DNA from: an uncultured Acidimicrobiales bacterium
Lineage (GTDB): Bacteria > Actinomycetota > Acidimicrobiia > Acidimicrobiales > SZUA-35
Direction of reading: 5' to 3'
NCBI GenBank assembly: GCA_963803875.1
Contig: CAWDOA010000014.1
Coordinates: forward strand, 48,625-112,624
DNA: 64,000 nucleotides
Positions 26,437 through 36,816 of the stretch are shown here, one piece after another. Positions within the stretch are counted from its first letter, which is position 1; every line of letters starts with the position of its first letter. Position numbers and translations under genes: made by a program. The notes under the pieces were generated by a model. That model was not told where the DNA came from. It did not search any database and worked only from the letters and a program-made list of their open reading frames with translations.

Positions 26437-27549
26437 CTACGAGAACGCCGACTTGATGCGGCTCATGAACCCTTCGGGGGCGTCGGCAACAGATTCGCCC
26501 CGCTCAGCAGCGAAGTTCCGCAGCAGTTCTTCTTGCTCATGGGTGAGGTCGATCGGTGTCTGAACCTGTAGTTCCAGGAGCAGGTTGCCTCGACCTCTTC
26601 CCCGCAGATGGGGCACGCCCCGGTCACCGATCTTGAAGATCTTGCCACTCTGGGCTCCGCGAGGGATGTCGACCTCGACCGGACCATCGAAGGTGTCAAA
26701 ACGTACGGTCGCACCAAGTGCCGCCTGGGTGAACGGCACGGTGAGCGATGCCCGAAGGTCGTCTCCCTCCCGGGTGAAGCTCGGATGTTTGCGGACCCGA
26801 ACCTCCACGTAGAGATCCCCGGCGGGGCCACCTCGGGGCCCAACGGCACCCCGTCCGTTGAGCCTGAGCGTACGACCGTGATCGATCCCGGCGGGAACAT
26901 CGATGGTGTACTGCTGGTCCTTGATCTCGCGACCCTCACCGGCACAGGTGCCGCACGCCTTGCTGACGATCTTGCCTTCGCCTCCGCATCGGGGACACGC
27001 GCCTGTTGTGACCATCTGGCCCAGGATCGACTGCCGGACCTGCCGGACCTGGCCCGAACCCTGGCACTGCCCACATGTGGTGACTTCGGCCCCTGGAGCC
27101 GCTCCCGATGCGTCGCAGACCTCGCAGGCAACCGCGGTTCGAACGTTCACTTCGCTGGCGGTGCCAGAGATGGTGTCGTCGAGATCGATTTCCAGGACGG
27201 TCTCGAGATCGACGCCTCGATTGGAGCCGCGCTGACCACCCTGGCCACCCACGTTGAAGAAGGCCTCGAAGATGTCACCGAGGCCACCGCCGCCGAACAC
27301 ATCGCCGGCTCCAAACCCGCCGAAACCGCCGCCCGGATCGGCAGTACCGAATCGGTCGTAGTTGGCGCGTTTGGTCGGATCGGACAGGATCTCATAGGCC
27401 GATGCAAGCGCCTTGAAACGCTCCTCGGCCCGCGGATCGTCCGGGTTGGCGTCGGGGTGAAGTTCCCGGGCCCGCTTTCGGTACGCCTTCTTCAGTTCAT
27501 CGGCGGAAGCGCTTTTGTCGACGCCAATGACGTCATAGAGGTCTGCCAT
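26437..27549 (-). CDS. dnaJ: molecular chaperone DnaJ
   Basis: J domain with HPD (RELHPDANP), G/F-rich linker and four CxxCxGxG zinc-finger repeats. Confidence 0.93.
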   Translation of the reverse strand: MADLYDVIGVDKSASADELKKAYRKRARELHPDANPDDPRAEERFKALASAYEILSDPTKRANYDRFGTADPGGGFGGFGAGDVFGGGGLGDIFEAFFNVGGQGGQRGSNRGVDLETVLEIDLDDTISGTASEVNVRTAVACEVCDASGAAPGAEVTTCGQCQGSGQVRQVRQSILGQMVTTGACPRCGGEGKIVSKACGTCAGEGREIKDQQYTIDVPAGIDHGRTLRLNGRGAVGPRGGPAGDLYVEVRVRKHPSFTREGDDLRASLTVPFTQAALGATVRFDTFDGPVEVDIPRGAQSGKIFKIGDRGVPHLRGRGRGNLLLELQVQTPIDLTHEQEELLRNFAAERGESVADAPEGFMSRIKSAFS

Positions 27550-27555
27550 GAGCCC

Positions 27556-28551
27556 CTACCTTTCGTTGAGACGCTGCTCGAGCTGTCGGCTCACCACGGA
27601 AACGGCTGCCAGTGACTCTCGGTAGTGCATTCGGGTGGGGCCGAGAACGGCGATTGAACCACTGACTTCTCCGTCGACTCGGTAGGGGGATACGACAACA
27701 CTGCACTCTTCCAACGGTTCCACGCCGGTTTCGGTTCCAATCGCCACCCGCATGCCGCGATCAAGCACATCGCTGATCAATTTCACGACGAGCAGTTGCT
27801 GTTCGAGAATCGTGAGCACCTGGCGAACCGATTCAACCGCCTCGAAGGACTGGGCGACATTCGATGTGCCGTTCACGTACACACGATCGTCGTCGTGCCC
27901 TCCAACGATGAGTCCGAACAAGAGGTTCGTCAGATCATCGTGACCACCATCGCCGGTTGGTGCCGGTGGTGACAGGTTCTCATCGAGGCGGTGTTCTTCC
28001 AGCGAAGCCCTCAGTTGGGTAGTGACAGCGTCCACCGTTTCGTCGTCGAGTTCGCTGTCGGCCTCGAACGAATAGCGGTACACCTCGCCAGTGCTGTCGA
28101 CCACGACCACCAGGAGAGTGGTCGTGGTCAGAGGGACCAACTGAACTGACTTGATCTGCCTCGCTGAGGCCCCGAGGTCGACGACAACGGCGGTGTACTT
28201 GGTGAGGTTGCTCAGCAATCCCGCAGTTTGTTCGAGTCGCCCCTCGATCTGGCCTTCCATCCGACGGAAGAACGTGGTTACTCGTTCAGAGCTGGCACCG
28301 TCGAGCGTTACCGCGCCAAGTTTGTCGACGAAGTGTCGGTACCCCTTTTCGGTAGGGACGCGTCCAGCGCTGGTGTGAGGCTGCCACAGATACCCATCGG
28401 ACTCGAGGCTGGCCATCTCGTTGCGAATCGTTGCTGCACTCACATCGATCTCGGTCGAGTTTCGCACCGCGCCGGAACCGACCGGCTGCGCGGTCTCGAT
28501 GTATTCGCCAACGATGGCGCTCAGAATTGCGGCTTTCCTGTCATCAAGCAC
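27556..28551 (-). CDS. hrcA: heat-inducible transcription repressor HrcA
   Basis: GTG start at 28551 gives VLDDRKAAILSAIVGEYIETAQPVGS, a typical HrcA N-terminus. 331 aa. Immediately upstream of dnaJ. Confidence 0.9.
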   Translation of the reverse strand: MLDDRKAAILSAIVGEYIETAQPVGSGAVRNSTEIDVSAATIRNEMASLESDGYLWQPHTSAGRVPTEKGYRHFVDKLGAVTLDGASSERVTTFFRRMEGQIEGRLEQTAGLLSNLTKYTAVVVDLGASARQIKSVQLVPLTTTTLLVVVVDSTGEVYRYSFEADSELDDETVDAVTTQLRASLEEHRLDENLSPPAPTGDGGHDDLTNLLFGLIVGGHDDDRVYVNGTSNVAQSFEAVESVRQVLTILEQQLLVVKLISDVLDRGMRVAIGTETGVEPLEECSVVVSPYRVDGEVSGSIAVLGPTRMHYRESLAAVSVVSRQLEQRLNER

Positions 28552-28713
28552 AGTGCGGCCGATTTTACCGCCCACAGACCGCCGCGCCGTACCACACTGG
28601 GTCGGTCGAATCACCGGACGGGCGAAGGTACTCGAACTGTTAAGACCGCCAGTTCTTGTGTCGAAGCTAGAAAGGTGCCCGGAGACGGTCCAACCCAGAC
28701 TCCCGAAACGGAG

Positions 28714-29900
28714 ATGCGAGTCGGCTGGCAGGCCAAGCCCGGCCTGGCCCAGATCGTTCGCGTCCTCGTAACCATCGGTCCCGCGCTTTTCACCATAATT
28801 GCGTCCACTCTCTTGGCGAAAGCATTGCCTGCGAGCCAGGGCCGCGATCGAGTCTTGTGGTGGATCTTCCTTCTCTTTTCCTGTCTGGTCCTCCTCGCTG
28901 TCTTCGATCGTGCCTTCCGGCGCCTAGCACCGATCTCAACGCTGCTGAAGGTATCCCTCGTCTTTCCGGACAAGGCTCCCAGCCGATTTGCGGTGGCCCT
29001 CCGAGCCGGCAACACCCGATCGATCGCCAAAAGAATCGAATCGATTCGCGAATCCGGGGTAGCACTGGATCCCGAGGACAACTACGCCAGCCAGATGCTG
29101 GAGATGATCGCGCTTCTGGGCGAACACGACCGACTGACCCGTGGCCACTGCGAACGGGTTCGGGCCTACACCGACCTGTTGATCGATGAAATGGGAATCG
29201 CCGCCGAGGACGCCAACCAGCTGCGTTGGGCAGCGCTCCTACACGATCTCGGCAAGCTGATGGTTGCGGCGGAGATCCTGAACAAGGACGGGCGCCCGAC
29301 CGAGGAAGAATGGGAAGAACTCAAGACCCATCCCGCGGAGGGAGCGCGCCTTGCGCTGCCGCTGTCGGGCTTCCTCGGTGACTGGTGGAGAGTGATAGGT
29401 GAACACCACGAACGCTGGGATGGGGGCGGGTACCCCTCGGGTCTGGCGGGAACCGAAATCCATCTTGGCGCCCGCATGGTCGCTGTCGCAGACACCTTCG
29501 ACGTGATCACCTCTGCCCGGTCGTACAAGACTCCGATCGAGGCGGACAAAGCTCGGGCCGAAATTGCTCGATGCTCGGGTGGACAATTCGACCCTCAGGT
29601 CGTTCGTGCTTTTCTGTCGATCGGGATCTCCAAACTTCGTTTCATCGTCGGCCCGCTGGCGTGGCTGTCCGGTTCGGCCAGTCTGTCCGGTGCCAGTACC
29701 GTGGTCCCGGCCGGAAGTGCGATCGCTACCGCCGCCGCCACCCTGGGAGCCGTTGTTGCGGTCGCAACGCCCGCAATCGTGGAGGACATCGACGTCGTTG
29801 CACCGCCGATCGAAGCTCCATTCGTGCAACCGTTCGAATCAACAACAACAACGATCGCTTCATCCACCACAACAGGTCCTGCTGGCAACAACCACGACGT
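28714..29900 (+). CDS. membrane-bound HD-GYP domain protein (putative c-di-GMP phosphodiesterase), 5' segment of a frame-interrupted gene
   Basis: Two N-terminal TM segments, then an HD-GYP domain (HCERV, LLHDLGK, HHERWDGGGYP at 29404-29436) and a hydrophobic stretch (~29610-29790). Beyond ~29890 this frame becomes Arg/His-rich nonsense. Confidence 0.8.
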
Positions 29901-31672
29901 TGGCCCTCGGTTCGTCAACGTCCTCGCTTCCAACCGCCACTTCAACATCGGCGAACACACCAACATCGACAAGCACACCAACATCGACGAGCACACCGAC
30001 GTCTGGTGTCACGTCGACAACGGTCCCGACAACACCGCCTCCAACGACAGCCGCCCCTTCCACCACCGCACCACCGGCGCCACCAAGCGCAAACGTCGAC
30101 TTCGCCACGTTGTCCGAAGGCTCTGCGCAGACAGTCGACGTGCTCGCCAACGACGATTCCGGTCTCACATTGACCTCGGTGAGCGGCGGATCGCATGCCG
30201 CCAGCATCGTCATCAGCGGCGGCAAGGTCATCTACACCCACGACGGCTCGGAGAGCCTGAGCGATACCTTCACCTACACCGCAATCAACGGTTCAGGAAC
30301 TTCGGTTTCCCAGGTGGTCGAAATCACAGTGTCGCCGCAGAACGACACGCCGACACTGTCGTTTGACCCACAGACGGTTTACGCAGACGCCACCGCCCTG
30401 GATTTCGCTGTGGTGCTCGTGGCAAACGATCCCGATGACAGCAGCCATTCCTGGTCCATCGTCTCGTCCACCAATCCGGACTTCGTACTCTCGGGTTCCA
30501 CGCTCAGACTGACAGACTGGACCAACCTGACCGCAGGTGACACCGAATCGGTCACCATCCGGGCCTACGACGGCTCGGTCTACTCATCCCCCGCCACCAT
30601 GACCGTGACGGTGGAGGCACCCAGTACAGCCGGGCTGCTGATCAGTCAGTTCTCCAGCGATGGCTCGTACTACGGTGAGGACTTCGTGGAGATCTACAAC
30701 TCCAGCACCGAGCCGCGATCGGTTGGGGCACTTTCCCTTCGCATCACCGGCGAGCGCGATGAACTCGAGGACAGCCGGCTCAGTCGGACGTCGTTGGGTG
30801 ACCGTGTGATTCCCGCCGGCGGGTTCCTGCTCCTCGGCAAGAACCTGGGCGATGTGGGCGGCAAGGTCGACATCGCCTTCGGCCACAACCTACCGGCAAC
30901 AGTCGGTCTGGAAATCTTGGCCCCCGACCGCACCGTCATCGACGCGGTGGGAACCCGAGCCGCCCCTGAAGCTCCCGGTGGCAAGTCGAACCGCAGTTAT
31001 GCCTTGGAAGGGGTGGGCCTGCCCCCGCTCGACAAAGACAACACGGCTCATCCGCAGAGTTATGTCCGCCGGCATGGCAACGCCGGGTCGTGCGTCGACA
31101 CCCAGAACAACTCAGCGGATTTCGTGCGACACTTCACCCCGGCCACCGTCAACCCTCGGCATGAGGGCGACACTGCACCGTGCGGCGGACCGGTGCCGTT
31201 CGCCGGCACGTCGGGCTCGTTCGTGATAAGCGAGTTCAGGACCGACGGTCCCGGGGCCGGAGACAACGACTTCATCGAGATCATGAACCCGACCAACGCT
31301 CCGCTGCCGCTCGACGGTTTCACCCTCGACGGAGACTCCCTTTCATTCAACTTCCCCAACGTCACACTCCAGCCCGGTGAGCACTTCCTCGTGACCGCTG
31401 ACGGCTATGCGATCCTGGGCGACGGCCGGATGTCCGGTTCCCCCAGGAACGGTGGTTGGATCGAACTACTGGACGGAGCCGGCCAACGCCACGACTACGT
31501 TGACATCGGAAACAACGTCGACGAACTTCCCAAGCTGACCCGACGGGTTGAAAACAGCTGGGGCCGCAAATACGGATGCCAGTTCACCGGCATCATGCAA
31601 TTCGGCGACTGGCAGCACCTCTTCATCCAAACCCCCCAGGGTCGCGGCGACATCACGGCCTGCCCGTCCTAG
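29880..31672 (+). CDS. extracellular module: Ser/Thr/Pro linker, two cadherin-like Ig domains, two lamin-tail domains (3' segment, no own start)
   Basis: Frame of ORF 29564..31672. S/T/P linker (~29900-30090). Cadherin-like repeats (VDVLANDDSG...TFTYTAINGSG...VSPQNDTPT; VANDPDDSSHSW...VTIRAYDG). LTD-like units (LLISQFSSDG...DFVEIYNSS at ~30625-30960; FVISEFRTDGPGAGDNDFIEIMNPT at ~31210-31510). The upstream part of this frame is non-coding-like. Confidence 0.65.
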
Positions 31673-31718
31673 AACAGCGAGGGTGCACCGGCGGAAGCCA
31701 TATGCTTCACTGAGATCC

Positions 31719-33072
31719 GTGGCAGCCCCGGTTGTTTTCTGGTTTCGAAGAGATCTGCGGGTCGAGGCCAACCAGGCCTTGGCGGAGGCGGCGAGCGAAT
31801 GGTCCGGTGATCCCGGTCTTCATCGTCGACAGCATGTTGTGGGAAACATCGGGGGCAAACCGCACGTGGTTTCTGGCCGGCACCCTCGACGACCTCGATC
31901 GACAGCTCGGAGGTTCGCTGATCATACGGCGCGGCGACCCGGCGACGATTCTCCATGAACTGGCTGACGCAACGGGTGCTCGCGAGGTGTTTGCCACCGA
32001 CGACTACGGGCCGTACGGGCGGGCCAGGGACACCAAGGTCGGTGAGACGTTGGCCACCAAGGGCATCTCGACCCACTACCGCTCCTCCAATTACGTGATC
32101 CCACCCGGCAGTCTCCTCACCAAGAGCGGAACGCCGTACAAGGTCTTCACTCCGTTCTACAAGTTGTGGATCACCACGCTGCCCGAACCGCCGGCAACAC
32201 CCGAACTCGACTGTGTCGATGGGATCACATCGGAGGGACTACCCGACTCGCCCTCGCCGACCGCAACAAACCTTCCCGTACCAGGCGAGGAAGCGGCCTG
32301 GCATCGCTTCGATAGGTTCAAGTCCTCGATCGTCGACCGCTACGAGGAGACCAGAAACCTGCCCGGGATCGACGGAACATCGCGCCTGTCCCCCTACCTC
32401 AAGTGGGGTACCGTGCATCCGCTCCAGCTCATGGATCGGCTGGGCAACAGTCCCGGAGAACAATCCTGGGTTCGTCAGCTGTGCTGGCGTGATTTCTACG
32501 CCGAAGTCCTCTTCCATCGACCAGACTCTGCTCGCGAAGCATACATTCAGCGCAACGCCGTCGAAGCCGATACTGACGAGGCTGCTCACGAGCGATTTCA
32601 GCGCTGGTGCGACGGTCAAACCGGCTACCCGATCGTCGACGCCGGCATGCGGCAATTGCTGACCGAGGGTTGGATGCACAACCGGGTGCGCATGATCACC
32701 GCATCCTTTCTGGTGAAGGACCTGCATCTGCCGTGGCAGTGGGGTGCTCGCTTCTTCATGCAGCACCTGGTGGATGGCGACCTGGCCAGCAACAACCACG
32801 GATGGCAGTGGGTTGCCGGCACCGGGACCGACGCATCGCCGTACTACCGAGTCTTCAACCCCACCAGTCAGAGCGCCAAGTTCGACAAGGACGGGGCATA
32901 CATCCGGCACTGGATTCCCGAGCTGGCCCAGCTCGGGAACAAGGTGATCCACGATCCTTCGTCGGATCCCTACGGGGCGCCAGCGGCCTATCCGCCCCCC
33001 ATGGTCGACCACGCCGCCGAACGCATCGAAGCTCTGGTCCGCTACGAACGGCGTCGCGACACAAACCACTAG
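31719..33072 (+). pseudogene. phr: deoxyribodipyrimidine photolyase/cryptochrome family protein, N-terminus frameshifted as assembled
   Basis: N-terminal VVFWFRRDLRVEANQALAEAA is in the frame of ORF 31548..31958 (GTG 31719). The remainder (GPVIPVFIVD..., WRDFY, GWMHNRVRM, WQWVAGTG) is in ORF 31732..33072. The switch is at ~31790-31805. Confidence 0.8.
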
Positions 33073-33084
33073 CGGTGGAGTCGT

Positions 33085-33125
33085 TCAGAAAACGAAAGAA
33101 GCCACACGACGGATCGTGCGGCTTC
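33085..33125 (-). terminator. putative rho-independent terminator of rpsT (hairpin shared with convergent phr)
   Basis: On the minus strand, GAAGCCGCACGATCCGTCGTGTGGCTTC (one mismatch in the stem) is followed by TTTCGTTTTC. It lies 35 nt after the rpsT stop. Confidence 0.5.
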
Positions 33126-33159
33126 GGTCGGGATATGGGCCGAATCGTCGGCGGTCTGA

Positions 33160-33426
33160 TTACGCGTCGCCGCTCTCAGAGTTGCGAACCCGAGCAATAA
33201 GGCGGCTCTTGCGGCGGGCTGCGTTGTTCTTGTGCATCACACCCTTTTGCTGGGCCATGTCGATTCGCTTGATCGCGATGCGGAGCTTCTCTTCTTGCTG
33301 ATCAGTTCCGGCGGCGGCCTCGGCAGCCTTTTCGCGGGTCTTCAGCTCGGCGCGCACTGCGCGGTTACGCAGACGCCGCTTTTCGTTCTGGCTATTGCGC
33401 TTGATTTGAGACTTGATGTTTGCCAC
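33160..33426 (-). CDS. rpsT: 30S ribosomal protein S20
   Basis: 88 aa, MANIKSQIKRNSQNEKRRLRNRAVRAELKT..., a typical S20. Confidence 0.93.
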   Translation of the reverse strand: MANIKSQIKRNSQNEKRRLRNRAVRAELKTREKAAEAAAGTDQQEEKLRIAIKRIDMAQQKGVMHKNNAARRKSRLIARVRNSESGDA

Positions 33427-33591
33427 TGAATCTGAATCCTGTTGGACGTTGGTTGGACCGGTTGAGGATAGCGCCGTTCATCTGCGGTGACGCGCCCGTC
33501 GTTTCTTTGCCTCGGCTGCCTCAGACTCTATGTCCCCGCGGTCGCTGTACCCTTTGGGGCCACTTCAACCCGAAACGGCCGCTACCCCTCA

Positions 33592-35379
33592 ATGTCCGAT
33601 CAATCCAAGATCCGCAACCTGTCGATCATCGCTCACATCGATCACGGCAAGTCCACCCTCGCCGATCGAATGTTGGAGCTGTGCGGAGCGGTCGAAGCCC
33701 GCGAGATGCGAGCCCAGTACCTCGACTCGATGGACATCGAGCGTGAACGGGGGATCACCATCAAGCTCCAGAGCGTTCGCCTCGACTGGCGCGACTACGT
33801 GATCAACCTGATCGATACACCCGGGCACGTCGATTTCGGCTACGAAGTCAGTCGGTCCCTGGCTGCGTGCGAAGGCGTCGTCCTCGTGGTTGACGCTGCT
33901 CAGGGCATCGAGGCGCAAACCCTGGCCAACACCTATCTCGCGTTGGAGAATGACCTGGAGATCGTTGCGGTCCTCAACAAGATCGATCTTCCAGCCGCAG
34001 ATCCTGACCGGTATGCGATGGAGATCGAGAACATTCTGGGCATCCCGGCCGAAGACATCATTCGTATTTCGGCCAAGACCGGCGACAACGTCGAAGCGGT
34101 ACTCGACGCAATCGTGGAGCAGATCCCGGCGCCCGAGGGCAATCCGGACGGGCCCCTCCAGGGTCTGATCTTCGACAGCCATTTCGACAGCTACCGGGGA
34201 GTCGTGTCGAGCATCCGGGTGATGAACGGGACCATGAAAGCCCGTGAGAAGCTGCTGTTCATGCAGGCCGGCGCAACCCACGAGGCCGACGAGATCGGCG
34301 TGCGCACACCGGCCTCCAAGCCGGTGAAGGAGTTGGCCGCCGGGGAGGTCGGATATCTCATCGCCGGAATAAAGGACGTTCGAGAAGCGCGGTCAGGTGA
34401 GACCGTGACAGCCCTTGCCAACCCTGCATCGGGACCCCTCGAGGGGTACCGCGAGCCTCAGGCCATGGTGTTCTGCGGGCTGTACCCCGTCGACGGCGAC
34501 GACTACGAGCCGTTCCGCGACGCACTCGACAAGCTGAGGCTCGACGACGGCAGTTTCACGTTCGAACCCGAAACCTCCACGGCTCTGGGGTTCGGATTCC
34601 GCTGCGGGTTCCTTGGTCTCTTGCATATGGAGATCATCCGTGAACGTCTCGAACGAGAGTTTGATCTCAACCTGATCGCCACCATCCCCAGTGTGGAATA
34701 CCGGATCGACATGACCAACGGTGACCAGCGGGTTGTCGACAATCCCTCGGCTCTTCCGGATCAGGTGGAGTGGAACAGTATTCATGAGCCGTACTTGAAG
34801 GCGTCCATGATCGCTCCCAGCGACTACACCGGCACCCTGATGGAGCTGTGCCAGACCCGTCGCGGTCGGATGGAGGCGATGAACTATCTGTCACCAGAAC
34901 GGGTGGAGCTGGTCTATCGGCTGCCACTGGCAGAGGTCGTGGTCGACTTCTTCGATCAGCTCAAGAGTCGAACCGCCGGCTATGCGTCGCTCGACTACGA
35001 ACCGGTGGGATACGAAAAGGGTGATCTGGTAAGGGTCGACATCCTCTTCAACGGTGAGCGGGTCGACGCGTTCAGCACCATCGTGCACCGCGACAACGCC
35101 TACGAATACGGCCGCAAGACGGCCGAGAAGCTGAAGGAGATCATTCCTCGCCAGCAGTTCGAGGTTCCGATCCAAGCTGCCATCGGTGGCAAGATCATCG
35201 CCCGTGAGACTGTGAGGGCGTTTCGCAAAGACGTCACGGCAAAGCTCTACGGCGGCGACGTCACCCGAAAGAACAAGCTGCTCAAGAAACAGAAAGAGGG
35301 CAAGAAGAAGATGAAGAACATCGGAACGGTTCAGATCCCACCCGACACCTTCATCCGCGCCCTCCGACTCGACGACTGA
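33592..35379 (+). CDS. lepA: translation elongation factor 4 (LepA)
   Basis: ATG 33592 ([22 protein letters not shown]), DTPGH, NKID, and a LepA-specific C-terminus ([11 protein letters not shown]). Confidence 0.95.
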   Translation: MSDQSKIRNLSIIAHIDHGKSTLADRMLELCGAVEAREMRAQYLDSMDIERERGITIKLQSVRLDWRDYVINLIDTPGHVDFGYEVSRSLAACEGVVLVVDAAQGIEAQTLANTYLALENDLEIVAVLNKIDLPAADPDRYAMEIENILGIPAEDIIRISAKTGDNVEAVLDAIVEQIPAPEGNPDGPLQGLIFDSHFDSYRGVVSSIRVMNGTMKAREKLLFMQAGATHEADEIGVRTPASKPVKELAAGEVGYLIAGIKDVREARSGETVTALANPASGPLEGYREPQAMVFCGLYPVDGDDYEPFRDALDKLRLDDGSFTFEPETSTALGFGFRCGFLGLLHMEIIRERLEREFDLNLIATIPSVEYRIDMTNGDQRVVDNPSALPDQVEWNSIHEPYLKASMIAPSDYTGTLMELCQTRRGRMEAMNYLSPERVELVYRLPLAEVVVDFFDQLKSRTAGYASLDYEPVGYEKGDLVRVDILFNGERVDAFSTIVHRDNAYEYGRKTAEKLKEIIPRQQFEVPIQAAIGGKIIARETVRAFRKDVTAKLYGGDVTRKNKLLKKQKEGKKKMKNIGTVQIPPDTFIRALRLDD

Positions 35380-35403
35380 ACAGCTGAGTCATACGGCATC
35401 ACA

Positions 35404-36816
35404 ATGGAGGCGAACCACCGCTACCGTCTCGACGCCTCGGTCTGGCGTTCCCCAGATGGGCGAACCCTGATCGGGGGATCCGACTTCACCATCGTCGGGC
35501 TCAGCGATTCCAATCGGGATGCGCTTGACGCAATGATTGCGGGGTCACACACCACCGCCATCGACGATGACGAGTTCACACGATTCCTCCTCAACCGGAA
35601 TCTGGTGCAGCCCGTCTCCCCGCCCGCACGACCATCGGAGGTAGCGCTGGTCATCCCGTGCCGGGACCATCACGCCCAACTGGACGACCTGTTGGGAGAA
35701 CTCGATCCCACGGTGTTCGCCGAGATCATCGTAGTCGACGACGGATCGTCCCCTCCGCTGGTGGTGCCTCCCAACATGGCGACACTCGTTCGCCACGAAG
35801 AGTCCCTCGGGTCCGGCGCAGCACGCAACACCGGCTGGCGGGAAACGACCGCTGCGCTCGTCCTGTTCCTCGATGCCGACGTCGCCACCGATGGCAGGTG
35901 GATCCCCGATGCCGTTCCCTTTCTCCTCCACCCGAACGTGGCAGCATTGGCACCGCGGGTCAGGAGCATTCCCAATCCCAGCCGGGCCGGCCGATGGGAA
36001 CAGGTCAGACCGGCACTCGACCTGGGAAACAACCGCTCCGTGGTCAGGCCACGCACTCGAGTTCCCTACGTTCCAACGGCAGCCTTACTCCTGAAGAGGG
36101 AGGCGTTGGAATCAATCGGCGGATTCGACGCCTCGATGCCCCTGGGTGAGGACGTCGACCTGGTATGGCGGCTCCACGACGAGGGTTGGACGGTTCGGTA
36201 CGAGCCCGACCTAGCGGTTGGCCACCGGCCTCGGCCCACAGCTAGAGCATGGATTCGTCAGCGGATGACCTACGGCCGCAGCAACGTTGCGCTGTCGCTA
36301 GCGCATCCAGCCCATGTGGCCGGCATCGAACTCACATGGTGGAACGTTGCACCACTTCTGATGCTCGCTCGATCTCGGCCGCTCAAGGCTGTCGGGCTCG
36401 CCGCCGGATCGGCCGGTGTGCTGATGCTGCGGGACCGCCTCATCGACCGGTGCGAACACCCAGGGGTGATGGCTCTGAGACTCCAACGGGACGGCATCGC
36501 GTACACTGCGTTTGCCGTGACCCAAGCCGCACGCCGCAACTACTGGCCGCTGGCGCTGCTGGCATCAGTGTTGAACAAGCGAAGCCGGTGGCTTCTGACA
36601 CTGAGCCTGTTGGCGCCGTCGTGGGAATGGTTGCACCGACGCCCCAACGTCCCGATCCATGAGTGGATGGCCGCCAGCATCACCGACGACGTGAGCTTCG
36701 GTACTGGGTTGTGGCTCGAATCGATTCGCACTCGAACTCTGAGCGCGGTGCGGGTTCACCTCAGCCCGATCGAACGGTATCTTCCCGATGTGGTCCCCGA
36801 TTTCAGCCGACGATGA
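35404..36816 (+). CDS. family-2 glycosyltransferase with C-terminal membrane domain, MftF-like (mycofactocin-system-type)
   Basis: 470 aa. N-terminal YRLDASVWRSPDGRTLIGGS motif. GT2 core (VIPCRD, VVDDGS, FLDADV, GEDVDLVWRL). C-terminal TM region with RNYWPLALLAS and DDVSFGTGLW, resembling M. tuberculosis MftF as recalled from memory. Confidence 0.7.
   Translation: MEANHRYRLDASVWRSPDGRTLIGGSDFTIVGLSDSNRDALDAMIAGSHTTAIDDDEFTRFLLNRNLVQPVSPPARPSEVALVIPCRDHHAQLDDLLGELDPTVFAEIIVVDDGSSPPLVVPPNMATLVRHEESLGSGAARNTGWRETTAALVLFLDADVATDGRWIPDAVPFLLHPNVAALAPRVRSIPNPSRAGRWEQVRPALDLGNNRSVVRPRTRVPYVPTAALLLKREALESIGGFDASMPLGEDVDLVWRLHDEGWTVRYEPDLAVGHRPRPTARAWIRQRMTYGRSNVALSLAHPAHVAGIELTWWNVAPLLMLARSRPLKAVGLAAGSAGVLMLRDRLIDRCEHPGVMALRLQRDGIAYTAFAVTQAARRNYWPLALLASVLNKRSRWLLTLSLLAPSWEWLHRRPNVPIHEWMAASITDDVSFGTGLWLESIRTRTLSAVRVHLSPIERYLPDVVPDFSRR

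Noticed and set aside
28552-28713. Expected CIRCE operator (TTAGCACTC-N9-GAGTGCTAA) upstream of hrcA.
   Set aside because: No CIRCE-like sequence is visible in the hrcA/HD-GYP divergent spacer. Only a weak unrelated inverted repeat GAACTG-N10-CAGTTC (28634-28655) is present, which is too short to call a regulatory site.
29870-29900. Programmed ribosomal frameshifting as an explanation for the HD-GYP/LTD junction and other split genes.
   Set aside because: No slippery heptamer or downstream structure was recognised. Similar breaks hit essential genes (glyQS, era) in homopolymer-like contexts, so simple indels are the more economical explanation.
29930-30010. His-rich peptide HFNIGEHTNIDKHTNIDEHTDV in the 28228 frame, which could look like a metal-binding repeat.
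   Set aside because: It is the off-frame reading of the Ser/Thr/Pro linker (TSTSANTPTSTSTPTSTSTPTSG) encoded by ~18-bp tandem repeats. The frame continues into Arg-rich nonsense.
35404-36816. A complete mycofactocin biosynthesis cluster around the MftF-like gene.
   Set aside because: The flanking genes are lepA and a GH1 glucosidase. No radical-SAM MftC-like gene, MftB-like gene or short GVY-terminated precursor ORF was seen within several kb.
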